DNA from: a virus
DNA length: 56,975 bases
Direction: 5' to 3' (one strand)
IMG/VR virus record: IMGVR_UViG_3300035533_000009
Span: 1 to 56,975 of that record
Shown here: piece after piece, positions 9,464-18,821 of the stretch
How the letters are laid out: each line of letters begins with the position of its first letter
Position numbering within the stretch: the stretch's first letter is position 1
Made by a program: the position numbers and the translations under genes
The notes under the pieces: model-generated
What the model was told of the DNA's origin: nothing
What the model saw: only the letters and a program-made list of their open reading frames with translations
Databases searched by the model: none

Positions 9464-12400
9464 GTGAATATTTTGACGCAAGCGCTAACCGGATCACAGC
9501 CAATACTCGGGCAAGGTCCTCCCATATAAACGATCTGCGCGATGAGCTGTCTTTGGGTTTTGAAAAACTCCCGACACCTGGTGATCTGCAAAAGGGCTCC
9601 GCCGTGTACGGCACCGATAGCGGCACCGCGAACACCTACGCCATTGCCATGCCGACCACCGCAACCAGCTATACGGCGGGTATGCATGTGCGCTTTCAGC
9701 CAAGCAACGAGAACACCGGCGCCTCTACCCTGAATGTTGACGGCCTCGGGGCTAAGGCGGTCAAGTTCCAGGACGGTACGGATCTGCAGGCCGGAGACCT
9801 GAAGACTTCCGGCGTGTATGACTTTGTGTATGACGGCACCCGGTTTGTGTTGGTGAGCATACCCGACACCTTCCTTGATGATGTGCAGGCCAGCGAGACC
9901 AACGCCGCAGCGAGTGAGACAGCAGCAGGGGTTAGTGAGACCAACGCCGCAGCGAGTGAGACAGCAGCAGCCACATCGGCAAGTAACGCCGCAGCGAGTG
10001 AATCCGCCGCTGCGACATCGGCAAGTAACGCAGCCAGTAGCGCGTCAGCAGCCGCAACCAGCGAGACCAACGCAGCAGCGAGTGAGACAGCAGCAGGGGT
10101 TAGTGAGACCAACGCAGCAGCGAGTGAGACAGCAGCAGGGGTTAGTGAGACCAACGCCGCAGCGAGTGAGACAGCAGCAGGGGTTAGTGAGACCAACGCC
10201 GCAGCGAGTGAGACAGCAGCAGGGGTTAGTGAGACCAACGCCGCAGCGAGTGAGACAGCAGCAGCCACGTCAGAGAGTAATGCAGCCGCGAGTGAGACAG
10301 CAGCAGCCACATCGGCAAGTAACGCCGCAGCGAGTGAATCCGCCGCTGCGACATCGGCAAGTAACGCAGCCTCCTACGAAGCTGACGCCCTAGGCTATAG
10401 CCAAAATGCAGCTTCCTCAGCTTCTTCCGCCTCAACTTCAGCAGACGAAGCTGCATCATCTGCTACTTCCGCAAGCCAATCAGAACAGGCAGCAGCTTCT
10501 TCTGCTAACTACGCAGGTATTTGGAGTAACCTAACAGGCTCTCTCTCAATCCCAGCATCCGTCTACCATAACGGTATAATGTGGACTTTATTAAATAACC
10601 TAACCGACGTAACAACTAGTGAACCCACAACATCATCTAGTGATTGGTTGGCTATATACGGGATGCTCGAATACCCAAGCATCCGCCCATCTCTCTTACT
10701 CGACTTCTACAGCAAAGAGATAGACCCACGCATCACCTTTAGTCGTGCATCTAATAAGTCTTACTACGACCACAAAGGTAGGCTCTGCTACGCCGATGTA
10801 GACGAACCCACTATCGACCACGACCCTGTGACAGGCGAGTGTAAAGGGCTGAGTATCTGGGGGAGCAGGACTAATTTACTTACTTATAGTGAGGATTTTG
10901 ATAATGCTGCTTGGGTTAAGTATAACGCTACGGTAGTACCCAACGCAATAACTGCTCCAGACGGAACAATGACTGCGGATAAGTTGGTTGAGGATACAGC
11001 GAATACAAACCACGGGTTAAGTATGAATTTTGGTACCCTGCTGGGGGGTACGGACTATACCATAAGTGTGCATGTACAAGCTGGTGAGCGTAGGTATATT
11101 AGAGTGCTGTTTAGCTCTGGCTTGACTGCCACATACCCATCCATAATTGTAGATTTACTTTCTGGGAGTGTGGTAGCTACTGCCAACATACAGGCAGGCA
11201 ACTATGGAGTTGAAGAGCTGAGTAGTGGGCACCGCGTTTGGTTCAGTGTTACGTCACAGCCTTCCCCGTCTTCTTGTTCGGTGTATGTACGCACACTACT
11301 TGATGCAGATACAGAGGTATACCAAGGAGACGGAACAAGCGGCATCTACATCTGGGGAGCCCAACTAGAAGAAGGCTCCTCCCCTTCACCCTATATACCT
11401 TCGGACATATCCTTCACCTCTCGTGCTTCTACAGCACTATATTATGATAGCAACGGGTATATACAAATAGCTGGTATAGACGAGCCGAGGTATAACTACA
11501 ACCCCGCTGATTTAACTGCTCCGCCTAAACTGTTGCTTGAGGATAGTTCGACTAATTTACTTGCTTACTCGGAAGAGTTTGATAATGCTGCTTGGAGTAA
11601 GAATAATTCTACGATAACGCCTGATGTAACAACAGCACCAGACGGGACATTGACTGCTGATAAACTCCAAGTAGGTAGTAGTACTTTTGCACAAATGACA
11701 CAAAATGCATCACTAGATTTGTCGGTCGCTAGTACGTTAACAGTACGCGCTAAGAAAGGTGAGATAACTTACTTGCAATTACGGGTTCGAGACAGTGCTA
11801 ACAACGCCACTTATTATAAAGTACTGGTAAATCTCACAACTTCCGTCATAACTGGTGGCTCGTTTGGGGATGGGGCTTATATCGATGGTTCTGTCAAAGA
11901 AACATACAACGGATTTATAGAAGTTAGTATGACTGGTATAGTCGACACTACAGGAGGTGCTGGAACTGCACAAGCCGTCCTTATTTTGATGAGGGATGAT
12001 GCTACTGCCGCATCTACATCTAATAGTTTAGCTACTGATGGACTATACGTATGGGGCGTACAACTAGAACAATCAGCCTACCCAACATCCTACATCCCAA
12101 CAACCTCAGCACCAGTAACCCGTGCAGCAGATATCAGCACCTCAACGGCTACGACTCGTGCAGCGGATGTGGCTTATATCGATGGGACGGATTTTACTGA
12201 GTTTTACAACCAGAGTGAGGGGACGGTTGTTGTTGGGGCGTTATACCCTGATGTTACTGATAATTACCACCGATTTGTAAGTATAACCGATGGTACAACA
12301 TTTTTAAATTCAATTCAAACAACTGGGTATGGTGAAGGAATTACAGTTTATAGTAGAAATGTAGAAAATACGGTTAATTTAGGCTTAACTACTGTCTCCT

Positions 12401-12648
12401 CAGGATTATCCACAGGAGATGAAATAATTGTTTCTGCCACATATTCTGCCGATAAAATATCCGCAACTACTAATGGTGATACTGTAATATCAAGTGCAAA
12501 CAGCCCACTGTTAGGCAAGAAAAAGGATATAAGAATTGGTTGTAGTTATAGTGGTAATTCACAGCTCAACGGCCACATCCGACACCTATCCTACTACCCA
12601 AAAGCACTTACTGATAACAACCTTATCGCCCTAACCACGGAGGAATAA
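9460..12648 (+). CDS. Tail fibre protein
   Basis: The N-terminal region is typical of phage fibres (GTANTYAI...LNVDGLGAKAVK...). About 12 tandem 14-aa SETNAAASETAAGV-type repeats follow, then two duplicated ~230-aa modules (TNLL[TA]YSE[DE]FDNAAW...APDGT[ML]TADKL...Y[IV]WG[AV]QLE). The C-terminus reads LNGHIRHLSYYPKAL. Confidence 0.85.
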   Translation: MSEYFDASANRITANTRARSSHINDLRDELSLGFEKLPTPGDLQKGSAVYGTDSGTANTYAIAMPTTATSYTAGMHVRFQPSNENTGASTLNVDGLGAKAVKFQDGTDLQAGDLKTSGVYDFVYDGTRFVLVSIPDTFLDDVQASETNAAASETAAGVSETNAAASETAAATSASNAAASESAAATSASNAASSASAAATSETNAAASETAAGVSETNAAASETAAGVSETNAAASETAAGVSETNAAASETAAGVSETNAAASETAAATSESNAAASETAAATSASNAAASESAAATSASNAASYEADALGYSQNAASSASSASTSADEAASSATSASQSEQAAASSANYAGIWSNLTGSLSIPASVYHNGIMWTLLNNLTDVTTSEPTTSSSDWLAIYGMLEYPSIRPSLLLDFYSKEIDPRITFSRASNKSYYDHKGRLCYADVDEPTIDHDPVTGECKGLSIWGSRTNLLTYSEDFDNAAWVKYNATVVPNAITAPDGTMTADKLVEDTANTNHGLSMNFGTLLGGTDYTISVHVQAGERRYIRVLFSSGLTATYPSIIVDLLSGSVVATANIQAGNYGVEELSSGHRVWFSVTSQPSPSSCSVYVRTLLDADTEVYQGDGTSGIYIWGAQLEEGSSPSPYIPSDISFTSRASTALYYDSNGYIQIAGIDEPRYNYNPADLTAPPKLLLEDSSTNLLAYSEEFDNAAWSKNNSTITPDVTTAPDGTLTADKLQVGSSTFAQMTQNASLDLSVASTLTVRAKKGEITYLQLRVRDSANNATYYKVLVNLTTSVITGGSFGDGAYIDGSVKETYNGFIEVSMTGIVDTTGGAGTAQAVLILMRDDATAASTSNSLATDGLYVWGVQLEQSAYPTSYIPTTSAPVTRAADISTSTATTRAADVAYIDGTDFTEFYNQSEGTVVVGALYPDVTDNYHRFVSITDGTTFLNSIQTTGYGEGITVYSRNVENTVNLGLTTVSSGLSTGDEIIVSATYSADKISATTNGDTVISSANSPLLGKKKDIRIGCSYSGNSQLNGHIRHLSYYPKALTDNNLIALTTEE
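9892..10374 (+). repeat. In-frame 42-bp tandem repeat array inside the tail fibre gene
   Basis: Unit GAGACCAACGCCGCAGCGAGTGAGACAGCAGCAGGGGTTAGT. Four consecutive SETNAAASETAAGV copies occupy 10060-10227 (three silent C/A differences at the DNA level). Diverged copies and a higher-order duplication (AAAT-SASNAAASESAAAT-SASNAAS) flank them. Confidence 0.95.
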
Positions 12649-13068
12649 ATGATTGACGCAATTATATACATACAGGACTTCCCAACTTTCGCAGGATACT
12701 TAGCTACAAACTACCCTAACCTATTAAAAAAGAACGAGGACGGCACTATTGCCCAACCTCTAGTAGTTACCGGAATAGCCCGCACACCAGCGGCAATCAA
12801 TGGTAACTCCATGTTGGCTTATCTTAGATTAACTGACGAAGAAGCAACTCAATGGCGTGGCATGGAAGGTGTAGAGGTATTGGCTGAAGCACCGTTCACA
12901 GGCAAGGGTACAGCAGATACTCTTTACTCCACTATCTTCAACGACACCGCTCTAAACGACAAGTACGAATCCGTCTACTCAACCGCTCCCTACATGACAG
13001 ACGACGGAGAAGGCAACCAAATACAAGTAACTCCCCCGCAACGCTTCGGCGTAATAGGAGGTGCGTAA
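12649..13068 (+). CDS. Hypothetical protein (139 aa)
   Basis: TAAATG junction with the tail fibre gene. Lies in the AT-richer block. Confidence 0.55.
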   Translation: MIDAIIYIQDFPTFAGYLATNYPNLLKKNEDGTIAQPLVVTGIARTPAAINGNSMLAYLRLTDEEATQWRGMEGVEVLAEAPFTGKGTADTLYSTIFNDTALNDKYESVYSTAPYMTDDGEGNQIQVTPPQRFGVIGGA

Positions 13069-14415
13069 ATGAGCAGTGTAGTTAAGGTAGGCCGCAAGCC
13101 TGAGCATGTACCGACTAATGGTATGCTGGGTACGATGGCTACGGAGGATAAGAAGAATTATGGACGTCTTGTAGATGTACCTGCATCTGCTACAGCATCA
13201 GGGCGCAAGGGTGATTATGCTGTTGAATCTGGCTGTGTTTACTTCTGCGTTGCTGCTGATACATGGGAACGTGTGGCTGTAGCTTCAGATATTGCAGCTA
13301 TACTCACCCCAGAGATAATCTCCCCACTAGACGGAGCAACAGGAGTCCTGCTAACTCCTACCATCAGGTTCAGTCCGTACTACTCGCTATACGGCAAGCC
13401 ACAGCAAGCTCTACAGGTGCAGATTGCAACTGACGATCAGTTCACTACGCCGATAGTAGATGTAACCCTGGGTGCGGTAAGTGAATACACCCCGTCAAGT
13501 AGCCTTAATACAAGCACACAGTATTACACACGAGGTAGATATCAAGACATTGATGGGATATGGTCGGCATGGACGCCTGTAATCGGCTTTACCACATCCG
13601 CGAGCTTCAACCCCATGCTCGGAATCGAGAGCGGCCCTGGCCCTACTACGGGGCAGTATGACGCAACTACCGACACCGGATATTACGGTCTTGTAACCTC
13701 TGCCGACTTGACAGACGGGCCAACCCTGGCAACAGACATCGGTCTGAGCGCGGGTATAGCGTTCAATAACGATGCGGGCTGGCTGAAGTTCTATGTCGGT
13801 GCAAGTGCGGATTGCAACAAAGACGGCGTTGCCAAGGTACTGTTCATCGCCAAGGAGACCATCCGCAACAACTTGTCATGGGATGATATCTACCTCGCTG
13901 GGGCGGTGTACGGTACGGGGGATAACGGCACGGCCAGCGCAAGCACAGGCATAACGGCAACACAGGATGCACAGGTAACATATGGCAGCACAACATACAA
14001 AGTGCGGCTCTTAACCGGTTCCGCAACCGACCCGGCAGCCGAAGCGTATAACAACCAATCATGTGCCGACGATGCGGGTGGCGGCTCCGAATGGAACGAC
14101 TTGCTGTATCGCGTGCATACAGCAGTGCCAACATGCACAGATGCAACAATAGGCATGGACGGTGGCTCCGGAACAACGCGCCACGGTGGGCCGCAGGATG
14201 GTGCTAATTGGGCAAGCTACACTAACGCCGAACTCCAGGTATTTTACACCGATGCTGGAGATGGAACATATTGCTGTTGTCAAGAGCAGGGCTTTGACAC
14301 GACAAGGCGTGTCACCCGCGGGTACTTCGGTGTCGCGTACTTCATCTCGGATCCCGCTGACAATGCGGCTGCCTATACCGGCTGGCGTCCCTGTTTGGAG
14401 GTAATCCAGTCATGA
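13069..14415 (+). CDS. Putative second receptor-binding/tail protein
   Basis: A 448-aa ORF with an FN3-like segment (LTPTIRFSPYYS...WSAWTPVIGFTT). Its position after the tail fibre fits a receptor-binding role. Confidence 0.5.
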   Translation: MSSVVKVGRKPEHVPTNGMLGTMATEDKKNYGRLVDVPASATASGRKGDYAVESGCVYFCVAADTWERVAVASDIAAILTPEIISPLDGATGVLLTPTIRFSPYYSLYGKPQQALQVQIATDDQFTTPIVDVTLGAVSEYTPSSSLNTSTQYYTRGRYQDIDGIWSAWTPVIGFTTSASFNPMLGIESGPGPTTGQYDATTDTGYYGLVTSADLTDGPTLATDIGLSAGIAFNNDAGWLKFYVGASADCNKDGVAKVLFIAKETIRNNLSWDDIYLAGAVYGTGDNGTASASTGITATQDAQVTYGSTTYKVRLLTGSATDPAAEAYNNQSCADDAGGGSEWNDLLYRVHTAVPTCTDATIGMDGGSGTTRHGGPQDGANWASYTNAELQVFYTDAGDGTYCCCQEQGFDTTRRVTRGYFGVAYFISDPADNAAAYTGWRPCLEVIQS

Positions 14416-14540
14416 GCATAAACTTTAAAGACAAGGATATGGTAGCCACATATAAAGGGTACTACGATACAGCAGAAGAAGCACGCAATGCTTACTTAGC
14501 TTTCAAGCAAGAAATAGACGTAGAAAAGGCGGTGATATAA
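14412..14540 (+). CDS. 42-aa ORF resembling the C-terminal half of an AP2 DNA-binding domain
   Basis: MSINFKDKDMVATYKGYYDTAEEARNAYLAFKQEIDVEKAVI. YKGYYDTAEEARNAY matches the [YF]xGxFxTxEEAxxAY core of AP2 domains fused to phage HNH endonucleases. ATGA overlap upstream and TAAATG junction downstream. Confidence 0.35.
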   Translation: MSINFKDKDMVATYKGYYDTAEEARNAYLAFKQEIDVEKAVI

Positions 14541-15137
14541 ATGGTTTTCTATCAAGACGACAAATGGCACATCTGCCCGAAGATTGCAGAATACCGCGCT
14601 TACGGCAAGCTCAAGCGTTCATACACAAACAACCCTAAGTGGTGGGAATCATTCGTAAACAAGTGGTGGCATCATGAGGGGCTTAGATTTATAGAAGTCA
14701 CTCCCACACAGGCACAGCTTGACCGCCTCGAACTCTGCAATGTTGCCGGAATCGCGGAAGGTTTTTACAGCGCGGTGGCTAACTACGTTGAGTCTGGCAT
14801 AACAAGCGAGGGGCTACCAGATAGTTTCGTGCAACAGATTGACCTAGGCAACAGCAATAAACTGTGGGAGTATGAGCAGCTAGTTGCTGAGCATATTCAG
14901 ACAGAGGTTGATGCTTACAATAGGGCAAACGGTACAGCCTTTCGCGATGTACACTCCTGCAAAAACTATGCAGATGATACCACCTATACCCACTACCAGT
15001 TCTGTAGTGATGTGTGGGCATGGAATGCGAGTGTGTGGGAATCGGCACGGCAGATTATGCATGATGTAGCAACAGGGGTGATTGAGCCGCCGGACGAAGA
15101 TGAGTTTGTTGGGATGTTGCCGGTGTTTAATGGGTAA
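14541..15137 (+). CDS. Hypothetical protein (198 aa)
   Basis: The last ORF of the AT-richer block. No motif recognised. Confidence 0.55.
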   Translation: MVFYQDDKWHICPKIAEYRAYGKLKRSYTNNPKWWESFVNKWWHHEGLRFIEVTPTQAQLDRLELCNVAGIAEGFYSAVANYVESGITSEGLPDSFVQQIDLGNSNKLWEYEQLVAEHIQTEVDAYNRANGTAFRDVHSCKNYADDTTYTHYQFCSDVWAWNASVWESARQIMHDVATGVIEPPDEDEFVGMLPVFNG

Positions 15138-15154
15138 ATTACCTACTCACTAAT

Positions 15155-15183
15155 TTGTCAAGTACCTGTTTTTGGTGTACACT
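15155..15183 (+). promoter_or_regulatory. Possible promoter TTGTCA-17 nt-TACACT
   Basis: Lies in the 97-nt gap before ORF 15235, with an AAAGGAG RBS downstream. Confidence 0.3.
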
Positions 15184-15234
15184 TGTATGAGTAATTGTGA
15201 TACACGGCAGGGCTGAAATAAAAAGGAGATCGCG

Positions 15235-16698
15235 ATGGCGACACAGGAAGAAGTTACACAGGGTTGGGCGGCTTTTCAGGCCGCGAACGATCCTACATAC
15301 ACTCCGGCAAATCCGGGAGTTTTAAGCAGTTCCCCTGACCCGAGCCCAGCGCCGTCACCGACACCTACGCCGACTTCAAGCTACAGCGCTCCGGCTTCCA
15401 CGTCTTCTGCGCCATCGTATACGCCTACGGATGCAGACATACAAAGTATTTACCGCGACACCTTTGGGCGTGACGCGGACACCGCGGGGTTAAACTACTG
15501 GAAAGAGGACGTAGCACGGCACAACCGCAGCGCCGATGATCTTCGTAATGCGATCCAGGCGGGGGCAATAGGGTACGATGTGGTGGCACGTGACGACCCC
15601 ACCGGCCCCGAATATGCGACTGCGTGGGACAGCTCTCTTGACCCCAACTCGGGCAATCTTGTCTATGACGCCAATCGTGATAGTTGGGTGCCGGAAAAGA
15701 AAAAGAAGCCTGCGCCGGTTCAGCCCAGCCTTTACAGCGTCAATCCAAGCACCATGACGGTGCAGGGGCAGATGCAGGGCCTATTGGCGAGCGACAGCCC
15801 CTACATCAACCTGGCGCGACAGCAGGCAGCAGAGCAGGCGAACTCACGCGGCTTACTCAGCAGCTCAATCGCGGCTTCGGCGGGGCAACGTGCAGCGATT
15901 GAGTCGGCCTTACCCATCGCGCAGCAGGACGCGCAGACCTACTTCAGCCAGAGCAACCTCAACCAGAACGCGGAAAACAATTTTAAGCTGTTCAATAAAG
16001 AGTTTGAGTACAACGACTACTTTGCCGATCAGGAGTATTTACAGCAACAGGGGCTCAATGCGCAGCAGAACTATGCGGCTATGGATCTGCAGCGCCTGCA
16101 GGACTCCGGTTCGATGGACAGGCTGGAAACCGAACTGGAGTATAAGCGTGACATCGCGGAGATGGAGAACGCTATCAACTGGGAGCAGATCGACGCGGAG
16201 AACCGCCAGATGTTCACCGAAGCAACCGGTAAGCTGGGGCAGCAGTACATCGACGCGGTGAAGGACATTCAGATCAGCCGCGATCTTGATGCTGATAGTA
16301 AGGATGTGGCAATCGCTAACCTCAAAGCACTGTACCGCGAGAACATGCAGTTTCAGGCAGACCTCTACGACGTCGAACTTGTGTGGGGTGATATTGTGGC
16401 TGAGCAACCCGCTGAGGGTGAAAACACTGAGGGTACGACAACCGAGCAGACTTATAACATGCCTGCAGCAGCGGATGTGCAGCCGTTGGGCGCTGAAGGC
16501 TACACCCTGCTGGAAGATGGGCGCTACATGAAAGAGAATAGCGGGGGTGGGTACTCGGTATTCTCCGGCGACCCGACTGAACTGTACGGCGACGTGTACT
16601 TTGATCAGGGCAACGGCTTCTATGTCGATCCCTCGACCGGTGGTCTTGTAACCAAGCGCGATATCCAGAACGCACAAGCGCCCATGAACCTTCCGTAA
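15235..16698 (+). CDS. DUF4214-domain protein (probable virion/internal protein)
   Basis: A Pro/Ser/Thr linker (SPDPSPAPSPTPTPTSS) is followed by IQSIYRDTFGRDADTAGLNYWKEDV, the DUF4214 signature as I recall it. Confidence 0.6.
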   Translation: MATQEEVTQGWAAFQAANDPTYTPANPGVLSSSPDPSPAPSPTPTPTSSYSAPASTSSAPSYTPTDADIQSIYRDTFGRDADTAGLNYWKEDVARHNRSADDLRNAIQAGAIGYDVVARDDPTGPEYATAWDSSLDPNSGNLVYDANRDSWVPEKKKKPAPVQPSLYSVNPSTMTVQGQMQGLLASDSPYINLARQQAAEQANSRGLLSSSIAASAGQRAAIESALPIAQQDAQTYFSQSNLNQNAENNFKLFNKEFEYNDYFADQEYLQQQGLNAQQNYAAMDLQRLQDSGSMDRLETELEYKRDIAEMENAINWEQIDAENRQMFTEATGKLGQQYIDAVKDIQISRDLDADSKDVAIANLKALYRENMQFQADLYDVELVWGDIVAEQPAEGENTEGTTTEQTYNMPAAADVQPLGAEGYTLLEDGRYMKENSGGGYSVFSGDPTELYGDVYFDQGNGFYVDPSTGGLVTKRDIQNAQAPMNLP

Positions 16699-16715
16699 AT
16701 TGAAAGGCTTAATCA

Positions 16716-17198
16716 ATGCAACTGACCAACTGCCCGGAGCATGTCCGCATTGTGGACGATATCGTACAAGAACCCGCCGTGTTCGACATGCTGGTGGATG
16801 ACCACAGCCAGGGGTTCAAGGGCCAGAGCGTGGGCGCAAGCTTTCTCTCCGGCCCTTATACTATGCTGAACCCGGCACCGGGCGTGCTCTTCATGCTCAG
16901 CCCGCGCACTCTGACGATGTTTGAGTTGCACACCATGATTAAGCAGGAGGCGCGCGGTAAGAGTGCGCTACAGGCGGCGCGGAAGGCGGCGAAGTGGCTA
17001 TTCAAAAACACTACATGCGAGAAGCTGATAACCAATGTCCCGACATTCAACAAACCCGCGCTGGCGTTTGCGCTGCGCTTCGGGTTTAAGCGTGAGGGGC
17101 TGTGTACTAAGAGTTTTCGCCGGGATGGGAAGCTGTACGATCAGCACCTACTCGGCCTCGAAAAAGGAGCATTTTTATGCCAGCAATACCAGCAGTAG
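16716..17198 (+). CDS. GNAT-family N-acetyltransferase (putative)
   Basis: Motif-A-like RGKSALQAARKAAKW followed by NVPTFNKPALAFALRFGFKREG, a RimJ/RimL-type pattern. Confidence 0.55.
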   Translation: MQLTNCPEHVRIVDDIVQEPAVFDMLVDDHSQGFKGQSVGASFLSGPYTMLNPAPGVLFMLSPRTLTMFELHTMIKQEARGKSALQAARKAAKWLFKNTTCEKLITNVPTFNKPALAFALRFGFKREGLCTKSFRRDGKLYDQHLLGLEKGAFLCQQYQQ

Positions 17199-18073
17199 CG
17201 GCGGCAGTCGCAACCGGAACCGGCATGGCGGCATCTATAGGCGGGGCAATCGGCCTTGGGTCTGGCCTTGCAGCGGCAACCGTCGGCGCGGGGATCGTGG
17301 GTGCTGTAGCCGGTGGAGTAGTTGCGGCGGTGCAGGGTGAGGACATTCTTGAAGGCGCTGTAAAAAGTGGTATTACCGGCGCGGCAGTCGGATTTGTCGG
17401 CTCCGGTGGTCTCGGTGAAGTGATGGGCGGTGCTGAAGGAGCCACCGGCGGCGAGATTATGGCCGGAACCGGTGACACGGCGACTGTTGCCGGTGAAAGC
17501 GCGTCTGTAGCTGGAGGCACAGCGGCTGAGAGCGGCAGTACCGTGGCAATTCAGGAGAGTTCGAGTATCGCCGCCCCAAAGATGGGCAGTGGCGGTAGCG
17601 GCTTTATGACAGAGACAGCAGGCTCCGGAGACGGCTTCAGTCTGACCGGAGACGCGGCTTCTACTCTCGGTGAAGGATCGAAGTTTGCGGCAACAACTGC
17701 CGGAGACAGCGCAACCTCCCTCGCCGCTAACTCTACCGTTAAAACCACCCTGGAGGCAGGGTCCATGGCCGACACCGGCGGGTTCCTGAGTGGCTTATCC
17801 TCGGGCGAGAAGATGATGGCGATGACCTCTCTCAGCGGCGCAGCGGAAGGCTGGATGGCCGGGGAGTCTGCCGAAGATGCAGCCAAGGCGCAGGAAGAGG
17901 CGTTCAACCGCATTCAGTTGAACTCTGACTCTGACGCAAGCACAGGACTGCTGATGTCTTCTGACACATCGTTCCAGCCGTCGACCTCAACACAGCTCAA
18001 CTCATCCAGCAAAGTGCAGAAGCCTACAATCCGCAGACCCACAGTGAAGGGATCTTCGTATGTTACAGCCTAA
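17177..18073 (+). CDS. Gly/Ala-rich (glycine-zipper) internal virion/ejection protein candidate
   Basis: A 298-aa ORF dominated by G/A/S/T hydrophobic runs (AAAVATGTGMAASIGGAIGLGSGLAAATVGAGIVGAVAGG). AAGGAG RBS. Confidence 0.55.
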   Translation: MPAIPAVAAAVATGTGMAASIGGAIGLGSGLAAATVGAGIVGAVAGGVVAAVQGEDILEGAVKSGITGAAVGFVGSGGLGEVMGGAEGATGGEIMAGTGDTATVAGESASVAGGTAAESGSTVAIQESSSIAAPKMGSGGSGFMTETAGSGDGFSLTGDAASTLGEGSKFAATTAGDSATSLAANSTVKTTLEAGSMADTGGFLSGLSSGEKMMAMTSLSGAAEGWMAGESAEDAAKAQEEAFNRIQLNSDSDASTGLLMSSDTSFQPSTSTQLNSSSKVQKPTIRRPTVKGSSYVTA

Positions 18074-18821
18074 AGGACTACTCCAGGAGCAGCCACAACA
18101 GGGGCAACCCCAGCAAGGTCAACCGCCCGTTCAGCAGGCACAGAGTCAGCGTCCCAAACAGAACCCGGCGCAGCGCGATTACGATATGGAACCGCTGGGT
18201 GAGCGCGATGAAAAGCAGCTGCGGGCGCTGCAAACCAACGCCGTAAAGCTGATCCACTCGGACAGGACTCGTGGGCAAATCTTGAAAATGTTTGAGAAAA
18301 CTGACGACCACCCCATCAATAAAATATCCCGGGTGTCTACCTCTATCCTCAACCGGATCGAGCAGGAGGCGCGCAAGGACGGCGACAGCATTGACAACCT
18401 GGTTAAAATCTACGGTGGCAACATGATCGTGGGTGAGGTGATCAACCTGGTGGAAGCAGCGGGGAAAATCCGCCCCATGAGCGAGGACGAAAAGACCGTG
18501 GCGCTCTCCAAGGCGGTACAGGATTACACCAACCAGATGATAAAGGACGGTGAGATCACGCGCGAGGAGCTCAAGCACTACACGAACCAGGGGCTGTCTA
18601 TCGCCGAGCAGAGCGGCCTGATTGACATGACCAAGATCAACCGGCGCAAGCAGGAGGCCGGGATGGCACCGAAGAAGCCGGAGATCAAGCGTCCCGCCCT
18701 ACCCGCTCAACAAGCGCAGCCGACACAACAGGCTCCGGCGTCCAACGTGAATGATCCGTTTAACCCGAGCACAACCATGTCGGAGCAACTGAACCGCAGA
18801 GGAGGCTTACTCAATGGCTGA
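18060..18821 (+). CDS. Hypothetical protein (253 aa), Gln/Pro-rich N-terminus
   Basis: Overlaps the previous ORF and lies within the ejection-protein run. Confidence 0.55.
   Translation: MLQPKGLLQEQPQQGQPQQGQPPVQQAQSQRPKQNPAQRDYDMEPLGERDEKQLRALQTNAVKLIHSDRTRGQILKMFEKTDDHPINKISRVSTSILNRIEQEARKDGDSIDNLVKIYGGNMIVGEVINLVEAAGKIRPMSEDEKTVALSKAVQDYTNQMIKDGEITREELKHYTNQGLSIAEQSGLIDMTKINRRKQEAGMAPKKPEIKRPALPAQQAQPTQQAPASNVNDPFNPSTTMSEQLNRRGGLLNG

Noticed and set aside
9892-10374. Possible CRISPR array, because of the regularly spaced repeats
   Set aside because: The units are directly adjacent with no unique spacers. They lie in frame within a coding gene, and no cas genes or leader are present.
9696-10393. 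Long ORFs on both strands (9696..10310 minus, 204 aa; 9875..10393 plus, 172 aa) across the tail-fibre repeat region
   Set aside because: They are low-complexity read-throughs (A/L/S/V or R/Q/P repeats) created by the 42-bp tandem array. The tail-fibre frame is continuous with flanking conserved sequence.
16039-16716. 225-aa minus-strand ORF, and the nested 15890..16261 plus-strand ORF
   Set aside because: They are shadows of the DUF4214-protein gene (15235..16698), which has the RBS, the domain signature and operon context.
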